NCBI GenBank assembly: GCA_043228905.1
Contig: JBHGNT010000012.1
Location: 11,470,001 to 11,534,000 of the forward strand
Source: Azolla caroliniana
Lineage: Eukaryota; Plantae; Polypodiophyta
Reading direction: 5' to 3'
DNA length: 64,000 nt
In this document: one piece after another, positions 25,934 to 37,770 of the stretch
Layout: each line of letters starts with the position of its first letter
Numbering within the stretch: the first letter of the stretch is position 1
Made by a program: the position numbers and the translations under genes
Notes under the pieces: generated by a model
Seen by the model: only the letters and a program-made list of their open reading frames with translations
Told to the model about the DNA's origin: nothing
Databases searched by the model: none

Positions 25934-27083
25934 TGTTGTGAAGATTTTCGGCAACGGTGTGAAAATTGCATGGAGCGTACAAAATCGAGTGTGATTCTTC
26001 ACACACAATATGAAACAATAATAATGTAAATAATGTAAATAAGTTTAATATCTTGGTACAAAAAGATAGAGATCTTGAAGAGCTTTTGAATGCACTTTGG
26101 TATATAACAAATGGACATCTAAGTGTCAAGTTATGTGGGTATGAAGTCTGCAAAAGAAAAAGAGAAAAATAAAATTGTGAAATATCCCACATAGATAGGA
26201 AAATTTTAGGCTCCAGCTATATAAGCAGATTGAGATCCATCATATTTCATCTATGGTAAAAAATAGTTGGACTTGAGCCACTTTTGTCTAGATGGACATA
26301 TGTGGCTAAGTCGCCAGATGTGGTTAAAGGCCCGAACCGGCCGGTGAAGAAGCTCAAAACCGGTTGACGACAGAACCGAAAAACCGGATGGAGCCGGTTA
26401 CCAGTGACCGGATGGATCCGCCTACCGGTAACCGAACGGAGCTGGTAACCGGCGACGAAACTGGTGACCAGCATCCGGCGATGGAACCTGCGACCGGTAA
26501 TCGGCATCCGGCGACGGACGGTGACCGGCATCCAGCATCTGGCATCCGACGACCTCGGGATGCGAACCGAACCGGCTTGGGATGTAGACCGAACCAGGCC
26601 AGACTGAACGGATGCAAATCAGACGGATTAGTCGGGTCAGTTGATCGCGGTGCATGGTGTCTTAAAGATATTTGGTCCAAAAGCCTAATAGTTTTTGTGC
26701 ATAAAAGAAAAAGATGTAAGCAAGACTCGATTGAACTTTGCACCTCCAAGATAGGAGGCAATAGACTTACCACTAGGCTATGTGATTTCTTTAGAAATTT
26801 TTTTCCTATCATCATAGTTTTACATGTAAATTCTCATATTAGAGCTTGATTGAGTGAGATGTGATGCATGAGCGCCAAATGGCAAACATGCATCACATGC
26901 ATTCCATGCATTGTTTGCATGTCTTGTACCCTCATATGCATCATATGCATGGGAGCATCTAGAAAAGGGTGGATGAAAAAGATAAAAGGGGAGAGCTATG
27001 TATGAATCAAGAAATTAATAAGAAAATTCGTTACCTTTTTGATGATATAACTTATTCTTCAAATCTAAAGAAGAGTCCAATCT

Positions 27084-27122
<39 letters not shown>

Positions 27123-27254
27123 CATATCAATCTCTCTCTTTCAATCTATCTTAAATACTTTGTCTTTAAACTAGTGCAAACTTCGAGTCCTTCCGGTCTA
27201 GAACCCCGGTGGTTCCGCCTCACGATCCGCGCGTAGTGACGGATCTTCACGACA
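25934..27254 (+). repeat. B 3' LTR (1.32 kb) with short GC-rich repeats and a (CT)n tract
   Basis: follows the PPT; ends ...CTTCACGACA. Confidence 0.92.
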
Positions 27255-27258
27255 ACGT

Positions 27259-27960
27259 GTAGTGTCAATCTCCATCGGAGTCAGAGCATTCACTGGAGAC
27301 GCATTATATGACTCCCTCAGAAAAGGTTTCACTACCACTGAGGCGTAGGTGGGCTCTGATCTTGCCCTCGGCATCTGGAATTGCCATTCTGAATGTCGTT
27401 CGAAAAGGCGGTTGTTGCATCTCACCGCGCGACTGATTGCTTCTTTTAATCACTTTGGTTCTTCGAGGAAGGTCAAGAGTAAATCCTTGACATCATTGCG
27501 TAAACCATAATGAAATTGCTCCATCAATGCTTGATCATCCCAAGGGATATTGGCGACGAGTAGGCGGAAATTTGCAGCGTCAGTGGAGGCTGGACGATCA
27601 CCTTGACGTAATTGTTGGATTTTGTTGATTGTTGTCCTTATGCTGTCAGTATCTCCAAAACAGGCTTCAAAATTGTTTAGTAATGGAGATTCCTTTTCTT
27701 ACAACGGAGTGAACCATGCCAATGCTGAGCCACCGAGTAGAGTGCGTACTAATCCCACTCGTGATGCATTGGTGGGATATCGAGAAGGATGCATTTGAAT
27801 CACTAAACGTACCTGATTCAGAAAACCTCTAAACTGTGATCGGGTCCCATTAAATTTTTGCAGGGAGATTGATCTTGGGTTCTTTGTGAATCCCTTGAGT
27901 GCTTGATCCTTGTTGTTGTAGTGATACAATATTCGTTTCAAGTTGTTGTACACGTAACGT
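27259..27960 (-). pseudogene. gag: A gag (continues at 10130-10378)
   Basis: FNGTRSQFRGFLNQVRL, PMEIDTTR; collinear with G gag. Confidence 0.92.
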
Positions 27961-28267
27961 CAACTCCTCGTGTTGTTGTTGTTTTTCCAGCGCTACTTGT
28001 TGAAGATCCCCCAACAAACAATGATTTTCTTGTTCTAGTGCTACAAATTTCTCTTTTAAGCACTAGAGGTCGAAGAAAACAGATTGGTATTCCTAAGCGC
28101 TAATAGTTTCCATTTTACTAGGGAGGATAAGAGGATTAGTATGGAGGGGGAAACGGGGTAAGAAGATGAGGGAAACCGGAAAGAAAACCGGAAAAAAGGA
28201 GATATGTAAGAAGATAAAAGGAAGAGGAGGAAAGGAGGAGATGGAAGGCGGGAAAATCGGTTCAAAC

Positions 28268-28701
28268 TGTCAGGAATATTACTAAGATAGAGAAGAAATT
28301 AGTACTAAGAGAGGAATATTAGTACTAAGAGGAATAGAGGGTGTAGAACACTCGAGAGAAGGAGAGAGAGAGAGAGTGAGTGAGAGATCGAGGGACAGAA
28401 AATGATGATGACAACGATATTATATTACATGAGAAGAATATACAAGGAAGGCTAGGAGGCTTAAGACTGGGGTTGAACCGATTTGGTTTGAAATAATGCC
28501 TTGTGCCTCCTTTTCTAGTGTTCTCAGGAGTAGTCTTGAAGCTTCTAGAATGTTCTAGAGAAATCTGGAATATACATTAATTTTCTATAGTAAAATTTAA
28601 ATAAAAATAATATCTTACGTATTACAATAGATAGTGTAATGGTCAAGAGCTCGACCCATGTAACATAAGGTCATGGGTTCGAGTCTTGCCATATCATGAC
28701 A
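28268..28701 (-). repeat. A 5' LTR
   Basis: matches 5430-5887; adjacent non-tRNA PBS at 28253-28267. Confidence 0.95.
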
Positions 28702-28706
28702 GCTTA

Positions 28707-29320
28707 GATGGTTAGTATATATGCATGTGGTTAAGGATTAGAGGTCAACACTCGACAGTAAGTCGAAACCATGCATATTCACGGGATACTGAGAGGACGT
28801 GTTTAGCTACAGGTTGTGAGACTTTGTCGGTAAGAAAGTAGTGAGGAGTCGGGATGCAGTCAAGACAAACACGATTGAGGACTGGAAGTAGCAGAAGTCA
28901 AAATCGACTCCCTAGTCAACCCCCACTACTACCGACTTAGGGACAAGTGAACCGACACAGTCGGTTGTTCCAACGCAGATGAGTCAGAGTCGGAAGAACT
29001 ATTGAAGTCAATCGAGGAATACAAGTCGGAGTCGGCTAACCCCCAACGACCAATCGATGCATATGAACCCAAGTCAAGAGAAGAGTCGACAGAGGCATCC
29101 GAACTGGAGCTGACAATGAATGGAAGGAGATACCCACTCAAAGAAAGAAGAGCACCGACTAGTCACGTATGCCAGTCAATACATCCTCTTGACTGATGAG
29201 GTGAACCTGAGTGTTATAAAGAAGCCATGGCCAATGAGCACAAAGAGAAGTGGCAGAGTCCAATGCAAGATGAGATGGACTCCTTGCACGAAAATTATAC
29301 CTAAGATTTGGTGGAGTAAT
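28707..29320 (+). pseudogene. pol: host copia pol, right part (integrase C-terminus to RT start)
   Basis: LDSKSKPCIF; EPECYKEAM..QDEMDSLHEN. Confidence 0.85.
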
Positions 29321-29890
29321 TGTTAAGAGTCTATTACTAATAAATTGACCAAACTAAAGTAAAAGAAGGAAAATACACCCCCGAGCTATGATCTAGACAT
29401 AGCCAACCTACCACCGATGTCCCATACCGCAGGATATTAGGATGACTAATACCTCGAAAGAGATCAACACAATCGTCGAGATGAAAGCCTGCCCCGCACC
29501 ACCGGTGTCTAAGACAGCAGCCTTCCGACGTAATGTGCTTATGAGGGTAGCTAAGCCTCATATTTATACCTTTTCCTAGGCCCCTTGAATAGATGTGCCT
29601 TTCTAAAAGGGTTTCCATTCATTGGTTGCCCAAATCATGATAGTGCATGCACCTATCATTTCTTCTATCCAATCACGTTAGCCCCTTTTTTAACATTAGT
29701 GAACATACCCTTCACTAATGTAAATATTAGTGACCTACCCTCACCAACATTATGTGTACATAACAGTAACCAAAAGGTAAGAGAGCACCTAGAAATAAAT
29801 GGGTCTATAGGGTGAAGACTGGAGAAGTCGACAACACACCCTGTCACATCTAGACTCGAACCTCTAACCTAGAACACACCCAAAACTAGA
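29321..29890. mobile_element. LTR-like fragment(s), boundaries unresolved
   Basis: starts TGTTAAG, non-coding, with a second TGTCAC start at 29842; no TSD found. Confidence 0.4.
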
Positions 29891-32800
29891 GAATAACCTA
29901 CCCAATCAACCAAATAATAGAGCTTATTCCACACAATCTTAGAATGGAGAATAGCAACTACCTCATATTTGGGGTTGTCAGCAAGTTGGACAGAGGGCGG
30001 AGGTGGCACGACACGATTACCAATGGAAGATGTGCAACAAGGTTCCAAAAGAGAGCTATGAAAGACTAGGTGAAGCCACATGGGTGTTGGAAGGTTAACA
30101 TGAAAGGTTGCATCATTAATCCGCGCAGTGATGAGAAAAGGACCTAAGCGTTGATAATTGAGCTTCTCACATGGTCGGGTAGTCTTGATGTGACGACGAA
30201 GCAACCATACTTGGTCACCAACCTTAAAAGGAGACTTAAGATGATGGCGATCTGCATTGGTCTTATGTTGTGCTTGAGTTGTCTGAAGATGTGAAGCTAA
30301 CACTAACTAGATTCAATGTAGTCGATGAAGGTGATGCTCAACACTAGGGTTTCGTGCGACCTTGGGAAGATCCAAGATACACCATTGAGGATGGTTGCCG
30401 GTGTAGGCAAAGGAAGGTGTAACCTTGGTAGAAGAGTGTACTGTGTTATTGTATTCAAACTCAGTAAGATGTAAAATATTACTCCAATCATCTTGTTGAT
30501 AACTTATGAAGCATCAAAGATACTGCTCGAGCGTTTGATTCGTGCGCTCTGTTTGTCCGTGGGTTTGTGGATGATAAGTCGAAGAGAGTTTGTAGGTGAT
30601 TTTGAGGCCTGCCCATAGGTGCTTCCAAAAGTGAGAGATAAATTTAGGACCGCGATTGGTAATTATATCGTCTAGAAGACCACGATGACGAAACACTTCA
30701 CGCATAATGGTATCTACGGTTTCCATACTACTGATGCTCTTTACACATGGTAAAAAATGTGCTATCTTGGTAAATCGGTCCACCACTATTAAAATAGTAT
30801 CAAATCCTTTTGAAGGTGGCATATCCATAATGAAATCCATAGATGTAGACTGCCATGGCTTGGTTGGAGGTGGTTATGGTTGTAACAAGCCATAAGGATG
30901 ATGCATGGGTATTTTGGCTCGACAACAGGTGTCACATGTATGAATGTAATCTTCGACAAAGTTTTGCAAATGAGGCCACCAAAACGAGCGCTTAACCAAC
31001 TCCATGGTCTTGGCAATGCCAAAATGTCTAGCCATATGGGCATCATGACAATGGTCTAATACTTGAAGGCGGGGTGATCCATAAGGGACGTAAAGGAGAT
31101 TCTTCTAAAAGAGTAAGCCATCTTGCCACTTGAAGTCTTGATAGTGTTGAGATGACCCTTGCAATGTGGAGCAAGGTGCATGGTTTGTACTAATGTGGGC
31201 CAATACATCCTTAGCGAAATCATCAGAGTGAAGTTGTTGCCGAATAGTATCAACAAGGCATGGTCACTATAAATGATGATTTGATGAGGCGATCCTTCAA
31301 AAAAATGTCACTATTGCTCGAAAGAGTCGACCACAGCTAGTAACTCCTTGTCATGCACCTCGTAGTTTATCTTTGTAGCAATAAATTTTCTCGACAAAAA
31401 CGTGACTAGATGGGACTACCTGTCCTTGCCTGGTTGTGATGATACTCCCCAATGTAAAGTCTGACGCATCCGCCCAATGGTAAATGGTTTTTCGGGATCA
31501 ATACGCGCTATGATAGGAGCTGATGTGAATGCCTCTTTGAGTTGAGTAAAGGCTGTGTCCACTTCAATAGTCCAAAAAAACGCTTGATTTTTCTTGGTGA
31601 GTTGGGTGAGAGGCAACACGATCTTTGAATAATTCCATATGAATTTGCGATAGAAGTTAGCAAATTTGAGGAAACATTGGACATCTCGAACAGAATGTGG
31701 GGGCTGCCATTCCAATATTGTTTTGTCTTTTGTTGGATCCATGAAAATACCTTTGGATGAAATAGTATAACCCAAGAATTCGACTTGTTCGCTATCAAAA
31801 CTACACTTCTCAAGTTTGGCATATAGACCATACTTTCTTAAGCGTTCAAGTACTTTCCAGACATGTATATCATGCTACTCCTATGTTTTAGAGTAAATCA
31901 AAAGATAATCTAAATAGATGATGAGAACGATATCTAGAAAATCCTGGAAAATGTCATTTGCCATATGTTGGAAAATTGAGGGTGCATTTGTGAGCCTGAA
32001 AGGCAGTTTTCCAAGAACTCAAAGTGAACATACCGAGTACGAAATGTAGTTTTCCACTCATCTCCCAGTCGAATGCGAACAAGCTTATATGCACCCCTTA
32101 AATCAATCTTTGTAAAATGCTTTGCCCCACGAATGCGCTCTAAAAGACTGGAGATTAAATGTAGAGCATACCTATTTCTTATGGTGACTTTATTTAATCC
32201 CTGATAGTCCACGACCAAACGAAGCGAACCGTCCTTTTTCTTCACAACAAATATAGGAGCACCAGCTGGAGACTTTGAATGTCAAATAAACCCATGTGCA
32301 AGATTTTCCTTGATGTATTCTCGAAGAACCTTAAGCTCAGTTGGTGATAGATTATAGATCGGACCTCACAGTGGCTCTTTTCCTGGTTGGAGGTCAATGG
32401 GACAGTCGTATGGCTGATGTTTTGGAAGTACACTAGCTTTGACTTTGTCGAAAACATCAACATATTCTTGATATTTTTTGGGAATTTGGATATCTATATT
32501 CCCTCGAGTGGCACTAGAAGGTGTCACTGATATTGCAAATAAGAAAAGTTCCTCCTTTCCTCTGACTTGGGACAATTGTTGCAATGTGATGGTTGAGATT
32601 TGATGAAAAGGAGATGGTGCACTGGTAGAACTATATTCTTTAAGGGAACAGTCCTAGGCTCGATCCTTAGTAGTGTTGTTTCTTGCTGAAGGGCACCAAA
32701 TTTCGCGCCTCCAATCGATTCTTGGGTTATGTAGCTCGAATCATGGCAAACCAAGGGCAATTGGATGTTTAGGGCTACGGATTATGTTATAAGAAACTGC

Positions 32801-35333
32801 ACATCCTAAATCACCTAAGAGTATTTGTATTGGCTTAGAATCTTCAAATATATTCCTAGAAGCTATGGGACGTCTATCAATCACTACTAGGGAAACTAGG
32901 CAAGGAAGGGTATGCAAGGATATTTGATGTTTTTGGGCAAAAACTCTATCCATGAAACAAGAATTGGCTCCGGTATCATAGAGGGCTTGAACCCGAAGTT
33001 CATAACTCGGTGTCCTAACTTATATTTGGACTGAGAGGACTCTACTAACATGCTTGGACGAAATGGAATCTACATTAGGTTGTACAGATCTAGGGTTGTC
33101 CAACCAAATGGTTCCTATTTTGGCTAGATTTATTTGTTTGACTCCTCTTCTAATTGGCTTATGACTTCAAACTTATCGGACAAGGGTGGATTATTCATAA
33201 TATTAGAATCACTAAGTGCTTCTAAAATGTTGGAATCATTTTTATTGTCATAATGAATTTGATTGACTTGATGTCTTGGCCTACAGGAGCAATGAATGGC
33301 TATATGTCTTGGACCTCCACAATGTAAGCATAGACAGTTTTCTCGGCATCGTTGCTTCTCTTCATCTGACAATGGTCCTCGTCGTTGGGTCATATCGATC
33401 TCCATGGGTGTAGGCCTATCCATTTGGGTTGGACTACGTGTTTCCCTTGGAGTTGGAGCAGGGCTATATGTTTGCCTCGGAGATGATTGTCCCGTTATTG
33501 ATGCGTAAGTTGGTGTGAATCTTGATCTTGTTATTTGTTGTTGTCGCTCACATCGACCGCCAAAAAGACGATTATCACACCGTATTGCTCAATTAATAGT
33601 TTCTGTAAGTGATTTTGGATCCTCGTGGAAGGTAAGAAGTAAGTCCTTCACATCACTACGAAGATCGGAACGAAATTGCTCCATTAAGGCTTGTTCATCC
33701 CAAGGAATATCGCATGCGATGAGACGGAAATTGGTTGCATATGTTGATGTTGGCTAATCACCTTGACGTAGTGTACGAATCTTGTTGATTGTTGTTCTTG
33801 CCCCATCTGTATCTCCGAAGCAGGCCTTAAAATCTTTGATAAACTCCTCGAAATTACGCAATAGGTCTCATTTGTCTCTAGTAATGGAGCAAACCATGAC
33901 AACACTCTGCCAGTGAATAAGGTGCCCACTAATTCAACTCATGATGCATCTGTCGGATAACACGTAGGATGCATTTGAATTACCAACCATACTTGATTCA
34001 AGAAACCTCGAAAATGCGCCCTCGAACCATCAAATTTAGCTGGGAGGCTGATTTTGGGCTACTTGATAATTCCTTGACCTTCGACCCTTTGTTGTTGCAC
34101 CCATCGCGTTGCCGTGCCTTTCGGTGCCGGATCATTGCATGAGTCGGGTGGGAACCGCTGGGGTTTTGGACTAGGAGGAGGAATAATTTGAGGCTAATCT
34201 AGTTATGAATATGAATAGATTATAAGAAAGAGATATAGAAACTTGTGAATCCCACAAGTATAGTTGTTTTAGTTTATCTTAATCGTAGTAATAAATAAAA
34301 ATAGTTTAGAATAGATTAGAGTGGATTGAGAAAAGAGATCAAAACTTTTGAATCCCACAAGTATTATATTAATCAATATTTATGTAAGAATATGAATGTA
34401 GATTGAAAGAGAAGGATATAGAAACCTCGTGAATCCCACAAGTATAGTTTATTTCGTGAATCCCACGAATATAGTTTATTAATTGGTGTTTTTTAGAAAT
34501 ATATCCAATTTCCAAATATTCCACACACCTATTACATTGTGCTCCCCATCCTTATATAGTGATGAGAGAGTCTTGACAATCCATGTTTTTTCTCTAATTA
34601 TGCCCTCCATGTTTTTTCTATCAATAGACTATATGCTTTCTCTAACATGATTTTTCTAAAGTCATGCATTTTTTATCGACTATAGTGTTCATGCACGCTA
34701 GATGTGCATGTGTAGCTTTTTCTTTTCTCATGCGTTTTCCTAAAGTTTATCCTAGCGTGAACTTAGCTTTCTATGTGGGACATCTACTTTTTAACACAAT
34801 GATATGTTAGTGTAATGGTAAGGCTTCATATTATTAACATGGAGGTACAAGGTTTGAATCTTGCCCTATGCATGTAATATACATTTTGATATTTCTTTCT
34901 TTTTCTTCATATTTATTCAATCGGTTATTTTATACGTTTTTCATGTAGTGTACGAAATACACTATGACAACGTAAACTCTTGTTGTTATTGCCACCCTAC
35001 ATCTTTCTTCTGCCACTCTATCTTTTCCCTTGTTTTTGACAGTTAGATTTGAATTGGTTTGAGAAGAATTGTATGTTTATATTTGTAGGTTCCTATAGAA
35101 TAGCCTAGAGATTTCTATAATGTTCTAAAATGTTCTAGACCTAGAATATTCTAAGATGTTCTAGGATATTCTAGAATGTTCTAGAGTATTTACAATAATC
35201 ACTGTATTACAAGAAGTAACTTTTATCATCTCAAATGATCATAGGTTATCTTAATGGTTAGGTTTTTGATTATGTATTTCAAGGTCTTGAGTTCAAGCCT
35301 AGGTGAAACCATGATGTTTATGTATTCATGACA
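29890..35333 (-). mobile_element. Element F: second, more decayed chromovirus family, 3'-truncated within the chromodomain
   Basis: gag (PTPMEID, CLHCGGPRH), RT, integrase, YEVVAILHSK; 5' LTR remnant ~35040-35333 ending CATGACA. Confidence 0.88.
34110..34969 (-). mobile_element. AT-rich solo LTR of B/C-like gypsy lineage inserted in F
   Basis: TG...GACA, TSD gcgt/acgt; left end resembles the B/C LTR 3' ends; homologous to 39301-39681. Confidence 0.7.
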
Positions 35334-35700
35334 GTTGGCCTCTACATAACCTGACTTATCATGCCGACCGGATAGCTAAGATTGGGTCGGGTGATTGTTA
35401 AGTATATTAGGCTTCCGACAATTTGTTAGAACCGTTTCGCATCGTAGGACGCTCCCGAATCGTGGCGAAGCTTCGAGTTTCGATCAAGAGGAGTAGAGAT
35501 GGATCGACAATCCGTCATGCCGAATTTATACATCATATTCAAACATAGTGTCGTTGAGTTAATAATTTGCCATTGGGGGTGTGGATCATTTCGATCTTGA
35601 GGAAGTAATGAAGGTCCCCTAAATTCTTCATTTCAACTGCACTCAACAATTGGGACTTTACTCGGCTAATTTCAGCAAGGTCAGGGCTGGTGACGACTAC
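35334..35700 (-). pseudogene. pol: copia RT fragment related to 700-1030
   Basis: MKNLGDLHYFL, TITRPNLSY-like, collinear with the first element. Confidence 0.85.
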
Positions 35701-35701
35701 G

Positions 35702-36330
35702 TGTTATCGGTTAAGGTGACACGGTGTCGAATGCTTAGACCTTCGGGATTCCACTCAACGTTATTGTGGTTTAGGAATGGAGAGTACGCCATAGCCATGA
35801 TACAGATGGCTACACCCTAAGCTCATAAGTGTTAACTTAGTCATGGACATTGTGGAGATAAAGAAGATGGCTACAACCAACTTCTTACGCAATAGCAAAC
35901 ATAACACAACGTATATGATTCGACACAGAAAATGAACTCAACACAAACACAGATACAAAGAGTTATGAGACACAGAGAGTTAAGCAAATAGAAACTATAT
36001 TGCAAGTATTTGCATACAAATTTATCACTCGTTATTACAAGTTTTCCATGCCCTTTATATACAGGGTTATGGTCGGTTATGTTTTGTGCATGAACCGTTA
36101 CTTTTTCTTTAAACTATTAACTACTCTTTGGTTGTCCCTACGCTGCGACTGGTACTCCCTCTTCATTACACTACAACCCCACCTGTATTCTTCACTTGCT
36201 GTAACCGTCCCTTTGTCTTTTCTCCTTCTCGACCTTTCCCACTTGACCGTCCAAGGCGGCCAAAACATGGCACTCCTGTTGGACAGTGCTTGCACGATCA
36301 AACCTACAGAAGACATTCCTTAGTTGTCAA
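35702..36330. mobile_element. LTR-like segment
   Basis: TGTTA terminus, TATA-like CCCTTTATATACAGGG, U5-like composition; no TSD. Confidence 0.4.
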
Positions 36331-36399
36331 AGAGTCCAGGATGTTTGGCTCTGAATGGTCCGTTTGCATCGTAGGCGTGGATTGGAGGGGGCCGGTAGG

Positions 36400-37770
36400 C
36401 TCAATTGTCTCAGGTTCGGGGGAGCCGGCTTGTTCCGTCAGTTCCGGTGCGGGGGGGTAGGTGGGTTCTGTTGCCTCTCGTGTTAGCTCTTCTTGTAGGC
36501 CCCTCTTCAGCTAGTTCAGGGGTTGGTGGTTGTTCTACTTGTAGTTCTTCTACCACGTGTGCAACTTCTCCTGTCGGCTCTTTGTGCGGCGTTTCTTGCA
36601 TAGGGCCTTCAGCGGGATGTTCCATCGTGGCGCAGAGGGAATCTGGTTGTGCATCCAAGGGTGGGTTCAACACTGTGGTGACCTCCGAGATTTCTTCTTT
36701 CGGGTGCTAGGGTCCTTCGATTGTGTGCTCCCCGGAGTTGTTGTCAGGGGAGTATGACGGTGGTCACCCTTTTTCCTTCTTCTACATTCCTTTGCTCGTT
36801 TTCGAATGCCTAGAGTTGGAGGGAGGTGTTGAGTTGAATGTCGCCGAACTCTTCTAGCAGTTGCGCTATCTCCTCGGAGTGGAGATCGACCAGGGCTTGA
36901 TAGTCTTCTGTAAGGTCCTCGTGGACCGTGGGAATGCTTTCCTCGTTAAGTTTGTAAAAGCCCTTCCTGTCTTTGAGCCGATTCTCCTGGTCGGGCCGGT
37001 ATGTGTGGAGCTCTGCGGCTTGCTTTGCCCATTCGACCTATCTGTTGTTCAGCGTTGTCTGAAGTTGTTGCGTAAATCTTTTGCACATTGTTGCGAGGAG
37101 GATCTTTATGCGCTTTGTGTTCATCTCCGTGCACGTCCTCATCTCTTCAAGGGCCGCCTTGAGGTTCGAAATGTTGCTTGAACTGGAGGCGACATTTTCT
37201 TTGTATCGCTCTTTTACCGCCTGCCACAGTTTTGGTTCTTTATCGTGCAACACTTGGAGTTGACCCATTTCATTGTTTAAGCATACTTCAACCGCTCTCA
37301 TGTTTTGTTGTTTGATCTCGATTTGTTCCTCGTACCATTGTCGTTTTTTCTACGCGGCCTCTTGTAGTGCCGCAATGATCCCTTCAGCCCGATCGACTTC
37401 TTCCTTTTGCTTATTGAGCTCTTTTGTCGTCTTTGCGTGGGCCGTGATTTTGGCATCTAATTTCTCTTGGATCTTCTTTACGGCCTTACGTCCCTTAGCA
37501 CGGATGTCTGTCTCACAGTCCGACAATTGTTGGAGTTCAGAGCGGAGTCTCTCGATCTCAGTGTTGGCGATTTCCGCCACTTTTTTCACCTTGGCCGCTG
37601 TCGCCGTCTCAGCTTCGACGTCCTCATGAAGTTTTTGTAGTTCGGTTGTGCAGGAGGTTGTGGTGGTGGTTGAGGTTGTGGTTTCTTGTAGGCGGTGTTC
37701 CAATTCCGCGATTGTCTTTTGGGCCTCTTCCAGTTGCTGATTGGCATACATTTCGGCCTTCTTCGCCGTC
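36400..37770 (-). pseudogene. degenerate coiled-coil accessory ORF
   Basis: ORFs 37350-37751, 37038-37301 and 36410-36673; heptad-like E/K/Q-rich sequence. Confidence 0.65.

Larger units (their letters stand above)
10379..27254 (+). mobile_element. Element B: non-chromoviral Ty3/gypsy inserted in A gag
   Basis: LTRs 10379-10922 and 25934-27254, TSD acgt/acgt, PBS, PPT GGTGGGGGTGGA; gag, IDHGSEIN protease, FLDD RT and integrase fragments. Confidence 0.93.
5430..28701 (-). mobile_element. Element A: chromodomain Ty3/gypsy (Tcn1/Tf1-like) with nested insertions
   Basis: paired LTRs, PPT at 5888-5900, decayed TSD gtttg/gctta; the host integrase rejoins in frame (RVF|GWLVYMHV). Confidence 0.93.

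Noticed and set aside
28628-28701. Functional tRNA gene
   Set aside because: No convincing acceptor or anticodon stems; only A/B-box and T-arm-like features
34240-34470. Spaced GTGAATCCCACAAGTAT repeats resembling a CRISPR array
   Set aside because: Irregular spacing, mutually similar spacers, located inside a eukaryotic LTR, and no cas genes
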